Under the pieces are notes generated by a model that had not been told where the DNA came from, made no database searches, and saw nothing but the letters and a program-made list of their open reading frames with translations. A stretch of 64,000 nucleotides of DNA. Origin: Nitrososphaeria archaeon (lineage in GTDB: Archaea > Thermoproteota > Nitrososphaeria > JACIWG01). Position numbers and translations under genes: made by a program. The stretch lies in the NCBI GenBank assembly GCA_963752255.1, contig CAVVXT010000014.1:64001-128000 (forward strand), read 5' to 3'. Below, in pieces: positions 38,321 through 48,883 of the stretch (the stretch's first letter is position 1; the number at the start of each line of letters is the position of its first letter).

Positions 38321-39232
38321 TTACGCTGTCGTAATGATCGTATTGTTTTTCATGACTAGCACCGTATGCTCGTATTGGCTGACGATTTGATTGGTCGCCT
38401 CCTTCAAAACAGGATACTCCCTTATCATCTTGTTCTTGACAAGGTATACTATTGCATTTTGCAGTTCCTTTTTTTCATATAAGTCAGTAAACCATCGGAT
38501 GGTAAAGGGTAACGTCTTCCTTCTCTCCCAGATTTTTTCTAAAAGGGAATCTGCCACCTTGTCCTTAAGTCGTTTTCTTCTGATTACGCTGAAAATGTGA
38601 ACCCTATCTGTTTCGTCAACGAAGGCCGCTGCGTTCTTTGTTGTAAGGAAAGGCTCTATCGCATAACCTTTCCCTTCACCGAATCTCCCCAGTAATCCTT
38701 TGACAGGGGTATTGGGTATGGACTGGCCTGAATGAATCTGAAACTGTCCAAGAGAATGTCCTGAAAGATTGAAGATTGTCTTGTACCCCATTTGAGTTGT
38801 TGTATAATATACCGTTCTGCCTACTTCATTAACACTTTCCCCTGCCTTCACCTTCTTGAGAGCTGTATTAAGCACTTCAAGATTAGCTCTGGTCATGTCA
38901 GCATATTCCTCATTAAAATTGATTGTTATAGCCGTGTCGGCTATAAAGCCGTTCACATGGATTCCGATGTCCAATTTGACAAGGTCTCTCTCACCTATTA
39001 TTCTTATGTCGTCTATTCCAGCAGTATCGTGTGCTGCTACCTCGTTAATGCATATGTTTGCTGGGAAGGCCTGTTCTCCTCCCAGTTCAGCGCTTCTATC
39101 CTCCACTATTCTACAGATCTCTTGGAAGCTGGTTCCTGATCTTATTCTACTCCTTGCTTCCTTTATGATCTGGGAAGCTATCTTCCCTGCTTTGAGATAG
39201 GATTCCTGCTCTTCTACACTCAAGTTTTTCAT
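38321..39232 (-). CDS. map: Methionine aminopeptidase type II
   Basis: AFP..AAH, DIGIHVNGFIADTA, GH, AIEPF and QYEHT. Confidence 0.95.
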   Translation of the reverse strand: MKNLSVEEQESYLKAGKIASQIIKEARSRIRSGTSFQEICRIVEDRSAELGGEQAFPANICINEVAAHDTAGIDDIRIIGERDLVKLDIGIHVNGFIADTAITINFNEEYADMTRANLEVLNTALKKVKAGESVNEVGRTVYYTTTQMGYKTIFNLSGHSLGQFQIHSGQSIPNTPVKGLLGRFGEGKGYAIEPFLTTKNAAAFVDETDRVHIFSVIRRKRLKDKVADSLLEKIWERRKTLPFTIRWFTDLYEKKELQNAIVYLVKNKMIREYPVLKEATNQIVSQYEHTVLVMKNNTIITTA

Positions 39233-39331
39233 CTCTACTATATTTTCTTGTCTTATTTCTACACATTTTTCTCTAATTAAATCTTTATTTAGTAAGAGGG
39301 CAGAAGATGTGTCAAAAAAAGGCGAATACAA

Positions 39332-39823
39332 ATGTCAAAGCGTCTTTTTAAACAAATAGTTGTTGGTGGTACCTTTGATTATATACACAAGGGACACATT
39401 CTTCTATTGGATTGTGTTCTTAGCTTGGGTAATAAGGTGATAATTGGGGTGTCTTCAGACTCTCTCTTAGAGGAAATTGGTAAATGTGTGGACCATAACT
39501 ACAAACAGAGATTTGAGCTACTGCGATCTTACTTGAAAAAAAAGGGTGCTTTAGGAAGGTGCTCGATATTTGAACTCAAAGATCGTTACGGTCCTGCATT
39601 GTCTCCGAGGTCAGATACTATTGTTGTCAGCGAAGAAACGCAGATCTTTGCAGACGAATGTAACTTGATAAGATTTTCTATGGGACTAACTCCATTAGTG
39701 AAGGTTGTTGTTCCTCTTGTTTACGCAGAAGATGGTGAGAGAATCTCCTCTACGAAGATAAGAAACAGGGAAATTGATTCTAAAGGACAACTTCTCTGTT
39801 CGGGTCGTAAAGGAACTCCTTAA
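39332..39823 (+). CDS. coaD: Phosphopantetheine adenylyltransferase
   Basis: GGTFDYIHKGH, VSEET and ISSTKIR. Confidence 0.9.
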   Translation: MSKRLFKQIVVGGTFDYIHKGHILLLDCVLSLGNKVIIGVSSDSLLEEIGKCVDHNYKQRFELLRSYLKKKGALGRCSIFELKDRYGPALSPRSDTIVVSEETQIFADECNLIRFSMGLTPLVKVVVPLVYAEDGERISSTKIRNREIDSKGQLLCSGRKGTP

Positions 39824-40928
39824 CTACTGCCTTTGCCTCATCACGTTTGGCTTGGAAATCTTCTAGGAACTTCTTGATCTTTCCTATAAGGGACAACTTG
39901 TGTTCGCCACATAAGAGTTTTCCGCATATACAATCGTCTCTTATTTTCTCCAATTTTCTGTCGTCGGGCTCAAAAAAGTATTGCTCATACCAGAAAACGG
40001 GACAAATATTGGGGTTTGCTCCCTTTGCCCTCTGCTCCTTTATCGTAGGCTGTCCTCCAGTGAACGCGTTTTTAATCTTCCTTTCTATCTCCTTAGGTTT
40101 ATCGGTTGTGTAGATCGCGCTCTCAGGTGAAGACGATGACATCTTTCCTTCCTTGTTTAGCGCTGGGAGGAACTTAGAGTGTACCTGCGCCGGTTTATAG
40201 TAATCCAGTTTCTCTGCGACGTCGCGTGTCATTCTCCAAAAGTTGTCTTGGTCTATCGCAGCCGGTATCAGGCAAGGCACTTTCTTCCTTAACTTGTAGG
40301 AATATAGAAAGGAAGGGGTTGCCTGAATCGATGGGAAGAAGGCCATTCCAATGTTGGTTGAGTCTTGGAACCCGAAGACCGCCTTAACGGTTGAGAGGGT
40401 TATTGCCTTAGCTATTTTAATGGATAGAGGGTAAAGTTCTCTTATACCCTCGGTGTCTACAAGAATCTGCGTCTTTTTTGAATTGAAACCGACGGCGATG
40501 ATGTCCAACAGATTGTCTGCGGTCATTTCGTTGACTTGCTCGAGAGAGAGCTGGTCTCTATAGAGAAACTTTTCGTCATCCGTAACCTGAAACAATAGCT
40601 GGACGTCAAATTTTTCCTGAAGATACTTTGTAAAGAACCATGGTAGGAGGTGGCCGAGATGAACCCTTCCAGACGGGCCTCTTCCCGTGTACAGATAAAA
40701 CTTTTCACCCTCCTCGTATTTTTTAAATATCCAGTCAAGATCGCGATGGCTGAAGAAGAACCCTCTCCTTATAAAAAAGTTAACTTCCCCCGTAAACTTC
40801 TTGAAGTTCTCCAGTATGCCATCGTCTATATACCTTGTGCCAAATTGTTCCACTAACCTATCGTAGTCCACTTCTCCTTCAACTGCCCATGGCGTAACTT
40901 CGTTGCCGTTGTTTTCTGTCTTTTCCAT
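39780..40928 (-). CDS. trpS: Tryptophanyl-tRNA synthetase
   Basis: VTPW, YTGRGPSG..HLGH, TDDEK, IDQD and KMSSS. Confidence 0.96.
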   Translation of the reverse strand: MEKTENNGNEVTPWAVEGEVDYDRLVEQFGTRYIDDGILENFKKFTGEVNFFIRRGFFFSHRDLDWIFKKYEEGEKFYLYTGRGPSGRVHLGHLLPWFFTKYLQEKFDVQLLFQVTDDEKFLYRDQLSLEQVNEMTADNLLDIIAVGFNSKKTQILVDTEGIRELYPLSIKIAKAITLSTVKAVFGFQDSTNIGMAFFPSIQATPSFLYSYKLRKKVPCLIPAAIDQDNFWRMTRDVAEKLDYYKPAQVHSKFLPALNKEGKMSSSSPESAIYTTDKPKEIERKIKNAFTGGQPTIKEQRAKGANPNICPVFWYEQYFFEPDDRKLEKIRDDCICGKLLCGEHKLSLIGKIKKFLEDFQAKRDEAKAVVKEFLYDPNREVVL

Positions 40929-40976
40929 TCTCGAGAAAGGTTCTTTGAAAAGATTTAAAAACATTATGAGAAACAT

Positions 40977-42512
40977 ATGGGGCAAGTAGATTTAATGGGC
41001 GTCGTACTACATCCGATCGAAGTCAAAATCCTTAGTGTGCTAAGGACGAAAGACAGTGTAAACCTTGAACTTCTCCCTTCAATTACCAGTCTCTCTCTAG
41101 ATCAGGTTCGACGCGGTATAGAGTGGCTAAAGGAAAAGAATCTGATCGAAGTACAAAAGGATTCGAAGGTTCTTATAGGGTTGGGTTCAGCTGGTGAGAG
41201 AAGCGTTAAAGACGGGCTTCCGGAGAAACGTATTCAATTGCTTTTGATGAATAAAGGGGGGAAGACCCCATTGGAGGATGTAAGAAAGGAACTGAAGATG
41301 GGTGAAAAGGAGTTTTCAGCAGCCCTAGGTATTTCGACAAGAAAGGGTTTGGTTAAATTGACAAAGGACGACAAAACACTTCTTGAAGCTGAAAGTGATC
41401 GAACGCTGTCAACAGAGTCCCTTATCAACAAAATTTTTTCTCTTAAAGAAATTGATGTCAGAACACTGAGCGAGGATGAAAAGGAAGCGCTTAAGGAACT
41501 GGAGAAGAGACCTGATTATATCTTATCAAAAGAAGTAAGTCAAACAACCATAAAGGTTTCCTCCCAGGCTTTGGCGATATTGGATGAATATCTGAGGAAG
41601 TCATATGAAAACAAACTTACTCCTGAACTACTTTTAACGGGAAGGTGGAGGGAAGTCGTCTTTAGACCATATGATATAGAGAGCCCTGTCCCAACACTTT
41701 ATCCTGGAAAAAAGCATCCAGTTCAGGATTTTATTGACAGGGCCAGAGAAATTTTCTTGTATCTTGGGTTTGAAGAAATCGAAGGCCCTATTGTTCTTCC
41801 TTCATTTTGGAATTTTGATGCACTTTTCATACCTCAAGATCACTCTGCAAGAGAAATGCAGGACACCTTCTATTTAAAGGATGTATCGGCAAAGGATCTT
41901 GAAAAGGAGGCTCCAGTGGACGCCATAAAAAACGTACACGAAAATGGTGGTGACACAGGTTCAACTGGCTGGGGTTATAAGTGGTCTTTGAAAGAAGCCA
42001 AAAAGATGGTGCTGAGAACCCATACTACACCGATTACTGTACAATATCTTTACGATCACAAGCCCTCATCAGCAAAAGTGTTCTCCATCGACAGAGTGTT
42101 CAGGAATGAAAACTTGGACAATAAGCACCTATTTGAGTTCTATCAGTATGAAGGGATAGTTACAGGTCGCAACGTCACGCTGAGAAATTTGATCGGGGTT
42201 TTAGGCTCCTTCTACAAAGAGCTCGGTTTTGAGAAGGTCAAGTTTTGGCCTACGTTCTTTCCGTACACTGAACCTTCACTTGAAGCTGTCGCGTACGTCG
42301 ATAGATTAGGAAAGTGGATAGAATTGTGTGGTATGGGTGTTTTTAGGCCAGAAGTAACTCTACCATCTGGCGTAAAGAACCCTGTTCTAGCTTGGGGAGG
42401 CGGACTTGAAAGATTGATAATGTTAGCTTACGATGTGGAAGAAATCAGGTTTCTGTATAAAAATAACTTGGACTGGTTGAGAAGTGTAAAATATGCCCGT
42501 ACTCACTATTAG
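40977..42512 (+). CDS. pheS: Phenylalanyl-tRNA synthetase alpha subunit
   Basis: FWNFDALF.PQDH.AREMQDTF, LRTHTT and FPYTEPS. Confidence 0.96.
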   Translation: MGQVDLMGVVLHPIEVKILSVLRTKDSVNLELLPSITSLSLDQVRRGIEWLKEKNLIEVQKDSKVLIGLGSAGERSVKDGLPEKRIQLLLMNKGGKTPLEDVRKELKMGEKEFSAALGISTRKGLVKLTKDDKTLLEAESDRTLSTESLINKIFSLKEIDVRTLSEDEKEALKELEKRPDYILSKEVSQTTIKVSSQALAILDEYLRKSYENKLTPELLLTGRWREVVFRPYDIESPVPTLYPGKKHPVQDFIDRAREIFLYLGFEEIEGPIVLPSFWNFDALFIPQDHSAREMQDTFYLKDVSAKDLEKEAPVDAIKNVHENGGDTGSTGWGYKWSLKEAKKMVLRTHTTPITVQYLYDHKPSSAKVFSIDRVFRNENLDNKHLFEFYQYEGIVTGRNVTLRNLIGVLGSFYKELGFEKVKFWPTFFPYTEPSLEAVAYVDRLGKWIELCGMGVFRPEVTLPSGVKNPVLAWGGGLERLIMLAYDVEEIRFLYKNNLDWLRSVKYARTHY

Positions 42513-44130
42513 ATACGACAGGTTTAATTCATTCTTAAAGAAGCCTCTTTCGAGCGGCCAAATCTTAGAGCTTCTACCCTATATCGGATTAGATATCGAA
42601 GACTCGAACAATGACGAAGTCAAGGTCGAATACAGCCCAAATCGTCCAGATTATGGGTCTCCAGCCGGTATCGCTAAGGCATTGAATTATCTTAACTTTG
42701 GAGAAGAGACGAAGGTGGAATACGATTTGCCAGCTTACGATATCCGAGTAAATGTAGATAAGAGTGTAGAAGCGATTAGACCGTATATACTTGGACTGTA
42801 TGCTAAGCTAGATTTCTCCGAATCTATCCTGAAGGAGCTCATATCCTTCCAGGAAGACCTTCACAACGGTATTGGGAGAAAAAGGAGAAAATTTGCCATA
42901 GGTTTACATGATGCGTCAAGAATAGTTCCACCGATCTATTACACAACTGAAAATGCAGGTTTTAAGTTTACACCCTTAAATGGCACTTCCCCTTTGTCAG
43001 TCGAAGAAATCTTAAAACAGACGGAACAGGGCGTTCATTATGGAAACCTTCTTTCTTTAAAAAACATTTTTCCGATATTGAAGGACTCCTTGGATCAAGT
43101 TCTCTCCCTCCCACCGATAATCAATGGAAATGTAACAGTTCTGACTGAAAGAACCAATAACCTCTTTGTCGACGTAACGGGAACCGAGCTTTCTCCGGTT
43201 GAGGATGCGCTAGCTTTGCTGGCTACAACCTTAATAGACTACGGTGCTTCTGTCTATAAGATAAAGATAGTCGGACCTGAAAGATCATTCGAAAGCCCAG
43301 TGTTGGCTCCGAAAAAAATGTACCTTAAAATTGACGAAATAAAACGAATCTTAGGCGTTACGACAGATTTTGATGAAACGATAAATTTGCTGAAAAAGGT
43401 CAACATGCGCTCTTTAAAGAAAGGAAACCTGATAGAGGTGTCCGTTCCAAGTTATAGAATCGATATCTTACATGAAGTTGACCTTATAGAGGAGGTTGGG
43501 TACGGCTATGGATACGATAAAATCACCCCACTTGAACTTCGTCTGCCACAGCAGGGTAAGCCACTGAAAGCCAAAGAAAAGGTTGATGATGTCCGCCTTT
43601 GTCTGATCGGTTTAGGATTCATAGAAGTCATGAACTTTTATCTTTCAAACAAAGAACTACAGCAACCTTTTTCGTCTTCTCTGATAGAGGTAGAGTCCCC
43701 TAAGACACAAGAATACAATGTACTCAGATGTTCCGTTATCCCCCAGCTTTTGCAGACACTATCATCGAATATTCATGAACAGTATCCTCAGAAAATTTTT
43801 GAGATAGGGCGTTCCTTCGAACTTAGGGAAGGCGGTCAGGAAATAGTAGAAAACGTTAAGGTATCCGCTATGATATCCCATTCTGAGACAACGTTTACGG
43901 AAATTAAATCGACCGCCTTTTCAATCCTTGATTACCTAGGAGTAAAGAACTGTAAGATGAATGCTTCATCACACGATTACTTTATCAACGGCCGTTGCGC
44001 CTCGATCTACGAGGATGGCGCATATATCGGTGTACTCGGAGAAGTGTCCCCTTTATACATTTCTCAGTCTTCCTTAAGAAACCCTGTAACCGCACTAGAA
44101 ATCAACCTGACAAAGTTACTTTCGAAATGA
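42493..44130 (+). CDS. pheT: Phenylalanyl-tRNA synthetase beta subunit
   Basis: NRPD, LPPIIN and RIDILHEVDLIEE. Confidence 0.95.
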   Translation: MPVLTIRYDRFNSFLKKPLSSGQILELLPYIGLDIEDSNNDEVKVEYSPNRPDYGSPAGIAKALNYLNFGEETKVEYDLPAYDIRVNVDKSVEAIRPYILGLYAKLDFSESILKELISFQEDLHNGIGRKRRKFAIGLHDASRIVPPIYYTTENAGFKFTPLNGTSPLSVEEILKQTEQGVHYGNLLSLKNIFPILKDSLDQVLSLPPIINGNVTVLTERTNNLFVDVTGTELSPVEDALALLATTLIDYGASVYKIKIVGPERSFESPVLAPKKMYLKIDEIKRILGVTTDFDETINLLKKVNMRSLKKGNLIEVSVPSYRIDILHEVDLIEEVGYGYGYDKITPLELRLPQQGKPLKAKEKVDDVRLCLIGLGFIEVMNFYLSNKELQQPFSSSLIEVESPKTQEYNVLRCSVIPQLLQTLSSNIHEQYPQKIFEIGRSFELREGGQEIVENVKVSAMISHSETTFTEIKSTAFSILDYLGVKNCKMNASSHDYFINGRCASIYEDGAYIGVLGEVSPLYISQSSLRNPVTALEINLTKLLSK

Positions 44131-44169
44131 TTAAGAAAACCTTTTATCCTATCAGGTCATTTCAGAGGG

Positions 44170-44336
44170 TTGACATCCGTCGTAAAAGCGTGGCGACGGC
44201 CCTAGCTGATCTAATGATGCATAGGGTTAACCCAGCAACGCGACAGACGGATGTCAAAGCCCCGCATAAAGAGGTTTGGTGAAATGCCTTTACAAGGCTC
44301 AGATGGTCCAAAACCGTTCAGAGGCGGGGTACATTC
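44170..44336 (+). ncRNA. Candidate two-hairpin H/ACA guide RNA
   Basis: Two long hairpins with internal pockets; apical K-loop CTGA-tcta-ATGATG; AAA and ACA boxes 14 and 15 nt from the pocket tops; TTTTAT promoter-like element at 44141. Confidence 0.72.
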
Positions 44337-44364
44337 TAATCGATCAAAGTTCAGCAGAAAAAAG

Positions 44365-44739
44365 TTGGTTGAACTAGAAAGGCTTATTGATGCCGTAAAG
44401 GCCCTTAATGATGAAATCAAGAACAATGCGCTGATCGTAGTTGAAGGACCAAACGATGCGAAAGCCTTAGATGAGTTAGGGGTAGTTGGGGTGCCATTTT
44501 TATACAGCCATAAATCAAATCAAGTCGACCTTTTTCAGTTGGCTCGTTCCTACTCAAAGGTCATAATATTAGTTGATAATGATAGGGAAGGTTGGTCTAT
44601 CTGTAAGAGGTTGATATCGAAGTTCAGTGTAAGAGGTATAAAATATGATTTATGGTATAGGAAGGAGTTATATAAAATCGGCGGCGGCTCCGTCCTTCAC
44701 TTAGAAGAGTTTCCTTCTCTAATTAAACGATTCATCTAA
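44365..44739 (+). CDS. Small TOPRIM-domain protein (TTG start proposed; the longer ORF overlaps the ncRNA)
   Basis: VVEGPNDAKAL and ILVDNDREG. Confidence 0.82.
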   Translation: MVELERLIDAVKALNDEIKNNALIVVEGPNDAKALDELGVVGVPFLYSHKSNQVDLFQLARSYSKVIILVDNDREGWSICKRLISKFSVRGIKYDLWYRKELYKIGGGSVLHLEEFPSLIKRFI

Positions 44740-44775
44740 AATAGCTTAAATAATAGTTTTTTAAAACACAGTCGA

Positions 44776-45913
44776 TTGATAGAATTGTCAACTCCAACTA
44801 AATATTTAATACGTTTAAAATTTGACATTGAAGGCGTCGTCGAACGCGCCGACGTTGTAGGCGCGATTTTTGGTCAGACTGAAGGCCTTTTCGGCCCAGA
44901 ATTTGATCTAAACGAACTTCAGAAGACGTGGAAGATTGGCCGAATAGAGATAAACATAGAATCAAAGAACGATAGAACATTCGGTGAAGTACTGATACCT
45001 ACATCAACAGATTTCGAGACCACGAGCTTGATCGCTGCAACGGTTGAAAGCGTTGACCGCGTCGGTCCATGCAATGCAAGGTTCAAGATGATTTCAATGG
45101 AGGATATACGTGTTGAAAAGGTTAAACAGATAAAAGAGAGAGCTAAAGAAATTGCTAGGGACTGGTCCAAGAAAGTAATGACCGAAGGCGACAAAATACT
45201 GAAGGATATCAGTGAATCAATGGGCAAATCCAAGATTGTCGCTTTTGGTAAAGAAAAACTTCCCGCAGGTCCTGCTGTCGAGAAATCGGATACCGTAATA
45301 CTGGTTGAAGGACGTGCAGACGTTCTGAACCTTTTGCGTGCTAGGTATAGAAAATGCTGTCGGAATCGAGGGAACAGGTATCCCTCAGTCGGTAATAGAG
45401 TTAAGTAAAAACAAGAAGATAATTGCGTTCCTCGACGGCGATAGGGGTGGAGACCTTATTCTAAAGGAGCTTTCTCAGGTCGCAAAGATTGAGAAGGTAA
45501 TCAGAGCTCCGTCAGGCAGAGAAGTTGAAGAATTATCACCGGTAGAGGTGGTGGAATTGATTAGTGGGGTAAGTCAGCCTCCCGCTCCTCCCAAGAAGGA
45601 GCCTGTCAACGTTCAACCAGAAGTAGCAGAAAAGGTCAAACAGTTGAAACCCTCTTTAGATAATACTCTGGAAGCCATGCTTTTGGACGAAAATCTAAAG
45701 GAGATTGAGAAGATTCCTGTCAGCGAATTAGCTAAGCATCTTGAGTCGGAAGAGCTAGGCAACGCCAGATACCTGATATTTGACGGTATTATTTCACAGA
45801 GGATAGTCGATCTCGCAGAAAGAAGGGGTATTGTAGCGGTTGTTGGCCATAGAATAGGTGAGGTATCCAAAAAGTCTGCTTCTGTAGCGATTTCGACTAT
45901 GGATGATTTCTAG
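44776..45913 (+). CDS. dnaG: Archaeal DnaG (exosome-associated), split by a +1 frameshift near 45343
   Basis: DVVGAIFGQTEGL, VEGRADVLNL then GIEN, FLDGDRGG and FDGIISQR. Confidence 0.9.
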
Positions 45914-45928
45914 AAAAGCTCATTTAAT

Positions 45929-46993
45929 GTGAGTTATGTGTGGTTTAAGAGGCTCACAAAAAGTAGCGCAGAAATTATTCCAGAAACAATAGAAGACATA
46001 CTCTTCATTAGATTATACGTAAGAAAAGGGGATTTAGTTTCTACTAAAACTGTAAGGACAATAAAGATAGAGAAGGCTTTTTCAAGGCATGTCGAAAAGG
46101 ATAGGAAGAGCGTTGTTATAACGGTCAAAGTTGAGAAGGTGTCTTTTGAAAAATCTTTTGAATTACTGGGAATTACAGGGGAGATACAGGGTGCCTCGGA
46201 CGAAAATGTTTCTCAAGGGTCACGGCACTCCGTTGAAGTTACACCTGGAACCAGATTTCTGCTGATTAAATGTGAGGGCCAAATCGATTTCGATCTTCTT
46301 GGATTGAGCGTTAAACAAGATGCGTTTGTCATAGTCTCCATCGATTCCTTGGTAGCCGGTATCGGTAAAGTTAAGGGCAGCAAAGTTGAATACGTTGCTG
46401 AAGTCGAGTCAAACTATCAGGGGAAACTTTATGAAACAAAGAGGGAGAAGGATTCGGTGTTTTTCGATAAAATTTTGAAGGTTGTTTCCCCCTTTTTTGA
46501 AAACATTAAGAAGCTGATCGTAACTGGTCCTGGCCCGCTAAAATCGAATTTTAAGAGTTATGTCGAATCTTTCTCTGGTCTAGATAAGCTGCAGGTCGTG
46601 CTGCTGGAAGGTGTTGATACATCCGGATTTGATGGCATAAGGATGGCGTTGAATTCAGAAGGATTTTCTAAGGTGTTACAAGATAACTTTTTCTCTAAAG
46701 CAAAAGAGGCTATGGCGAAGGTGTTGAGCTCGCTTTATAAAGGTGACGGGTTGGCAAGCGTTTCCTTAGAAGAAATCGAATATATGTGTGCTAACGGGGC
46801 CGTTGATTCACTATTAATTTCAAAGGGTTATCTCTCAAAATCTTCAGTTGACGAAGAAAAGCTTGTTCAAATCTTTTCTACTCTAATGGGGTATAAAAGC
46901 TCTCTCTACTTTTTAGACAGTAACACGAATGTAGGCATCCAACTGGAGTCCATAGGTGGTGTTGCATCACTCTTTAGATACAGGATAAGGTGA
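45929..46993 (+). CDS. pelA: Pelota (mRNA surveillance factor)
   Basis: PETIED, GD.V...T.R, GPG..K and QLESIGGVASLFRY. Confidence 0.88.
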   Translation: MSYVWFKRLTKSSAEIIPETIEDILFIRLYVRKGDLVSTKTVRTIKIEKAFSRHVEKDRKSVVITVKVEKVSFEKSFELLGITGEIQGASDENVSQGSRHSVEVTPGTRFLLIKCEGQIDFDLLGLSVKQDAFVIVSIDSLVAGIGKVKGSKVEYVAEVESNYQGKLYETKREKDSVFFDKILKVVSPFFENIKKLIVTGPGPLKSNFKSYVESFSGLDKLQVVLLEGVDTSGFDGIRMALNSEGFSKVLQDNFFSKAKEAMAKVLSSLYKGDGLASVSLEEIEYMCANGAVDSLLISKGYLSKSSVDEEKLVQIFSTLMGYKSSLYFLDSNTNVGIQLESIGGVASLFRYRIR

Positions 46994-47273
46994 TCCTACG
47001 CGATTATACTAGGAATGGAAATATAACTTCAGCTATTACTGTCAGTATTATCGCCCCCTTTTCTGAGGTCTATCTATTCTTTTATTCGACCTGCTAAAGT
47101 AGAGAAGCACTCCTATTCATACTGATGAGTGTATATGTTATGCGAGTGATTACATGTTTGTAAGACGCTTGCTTTAAGCCTCAATTTGAATTAGGCTAAT
47201 TGGCACTTAGCTCCTATAACTGTTATAAACATGGCTACGGTCACAAATATATTGGTGGCTGAGGCGGAGACGA

Positions 47274-48206
47274 TTGGGTAACAGATGTTCCAAATGCGGT
47301 GACCTAGCAGTATATAATCGGCTCTATTCGGGAGAATATCTCTGCGGCAGATGCTTTAAAACGTCGTTAGAGGAGAAGGTTGTCCGGACAATCTCAAAGT
47401 TTAAAATGCTGAACTATGGGGAAAAGATTCTGCTCATGGTTTCTGGAGGTAAAGACAGTATTGCAATGTTGAGAATAATGAACAACATTGCGAGGTCGCA
47501 CGCGTCCGAGATTATAGCTGCGACTATTGATGAAGGTATCAGAGGTTATAGGGAGGATGCTGTCGAAATAGCTGAAGACGCTTGCTCCGCTCTAGGTATC
47601 CCTCATCACATCTTCAGTTTCAAGAGTCTGTTTGGTTATTCGATGGATGAAATAGAACTGCTAAAGGACGCCGAATCCTCCTGCAGCATATGTGGTATAC
47701 TTAGACGTAGGGCAATGGACCTTATAGCTCAGAAGTTGGACGTCCACGTAGTAGCTACAGCACATAACTTGGATGATATCGCCCAAACGTTTTTGATCAA
47801 TCTGCTCAACAACGACGTGAAACGTTTGCCTTGGAATCTGCCCTTACATAATGAGACCAAACTCTTTAGCCAGAGGAGGATAAAGCCTCTTGCAGAACTT
47901 TATGAAGAAGAGGTGGCAGTCTATTCCTTCTTGAATAAGGAACGCTTTCAGAAGGTCTCATGTCCATACATGCATGAAGGGATTCGTTCCGAAATAAGAG
48001 ACACCATGAACGTTCTTGAAAAGAACCACCCTGGTATAAAATATTCCTTTTTCAACTCCGCAGTCAACGTCCCAAGCTTTATGGAAATGCCTAAAATGGA
48101 GGGACGTAGATGCGAAGGATGCGGCTATCCGACCTTCTCAAAGAAGTGCTCTGTATGCACAACGTTGGATAAGCTGAAGAAAAAGCAGACAAAACAAGTT
48201 AAATAG
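47274..48206 (+). CDS. ncsA: tRNA 2-thiolation protein Ncs6/CTU1 (TtuA family)
   Basis: SGGKDS, DEGI.GYR, CSICG..RR, AHNLDD, CPY and terminal Zn fingers. Confidence 0.9.
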   Translation: MGNRCSKCGDLAVYNRLYSGEYLCGRCFKTSLEEKVVRTISKFKMLNYGEKILLMVSGGKDSIAMLRIMNNIARSHASEIIAATIDEGIRGYREDAVEIAEDACSALGIPHHIFSFKSLFGYSMDEIELLKDAESSCSICGILRRRAMDLIAQKLDVHVVATAHNLDDIAQTFLINLLNNDVKRLPWNLPLHNETKLFSQRRIKPLAELYEEEVAVYSFLNKERFQKVSCPYMHEGIRSEIRDTMNVLEKNHPGIKYSFFNSAVNVPSFMEMPKMEGRRCEGCGYPTFSKKCSVCTTLDKLKKKQTKQVK

Positions 48207-48225
48207 CACTTGTTTAGATTTTTTA

Positions 48226-48544
48226 ATGGCGATAGGTAGGATCGGGAGAATAGCCGCCTCCTATTCATTCCGTAGCCGGCTACAACGGAGGTCAGCAACC
48301 ATTTGGTAAAACGCTTGAACAAGGAAACCGTAAGTCCAATTCCAAGACGAACCCGCGCCGTGGTGGGTGGATGTAAAAAGCAAGCTCTCCGAAGGGGGGG
48401 TTTTGACTTTGAGCCATCGAACTGGACGAGGTCCGGGAGGGAGCAGTCCTAAGGTGGGGCATTCACGCTGCCACGTCTACGTGGGGGATTGGATAGGATT
48501 AATAGGCCCTGTTTAGGCGCGAACTCAAATGGGTCTATCGCCAT
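48226..48544 (+). ncRNA. ffs: Signal recognition particle (7S) RNA
   Basis: Terminal helix ATGGCGATAG/CTATCGCCAT; helix 6 GAAG loop; helix 8 AGGTCCGGGAGGGAGCAG. Confidence 0.92.
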
Positions 48545-48602
48545 ATAAAATATATAAAGAGGTTTTAAAGCAAATCTTTGTCAGCGGGCATCTTTGAATC
48601 TT

Positions 48603-48691
48603 GCCGGGATCGCCCAGCTAGGTAGGGCACAGGGTTGCTAACCCTGCGTCTCTCACGGGACTCGTGGGTTCAAGTCCCACTCCCGGCGCCA
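48603..48691 (+). tRNA. tRNA-Ser(GCT), encoded CCA
   Basis: CAGGG-TT GCT AA-CCCTG; long variable arm. Confidence 0.95.
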
Positions 48692-48883
48692 TTTTACTAG
48701 GGGTTATTCTTGATCTTCGAGAATACTCATTACACTCAACGTTTAATCATTGATAGTTTTCGTCTGACAAGAGTATTGACATGATTTGTTAAAGGTGCAT
48801 GGAAATATTATAATAAAATAAAGTTGTGGCGGTTAATATTTTAAGTGGCTCTTAAATAGAGATTTGGAGAGGAAGATGAATTC

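Noticed and set aside
44170-44336. RNase P RNA as the identity of the structured element
   Set aside because: No GAGGAAAGTCC or AACAGAA P4 motifs seen on either strand
44251-44364. N-terminal extension of the TOPRIM ORF
   Set aside because: Overlaps the structured H/ACA-like RNA; an in-frame TTG at 44365 gives a normal-sized protein
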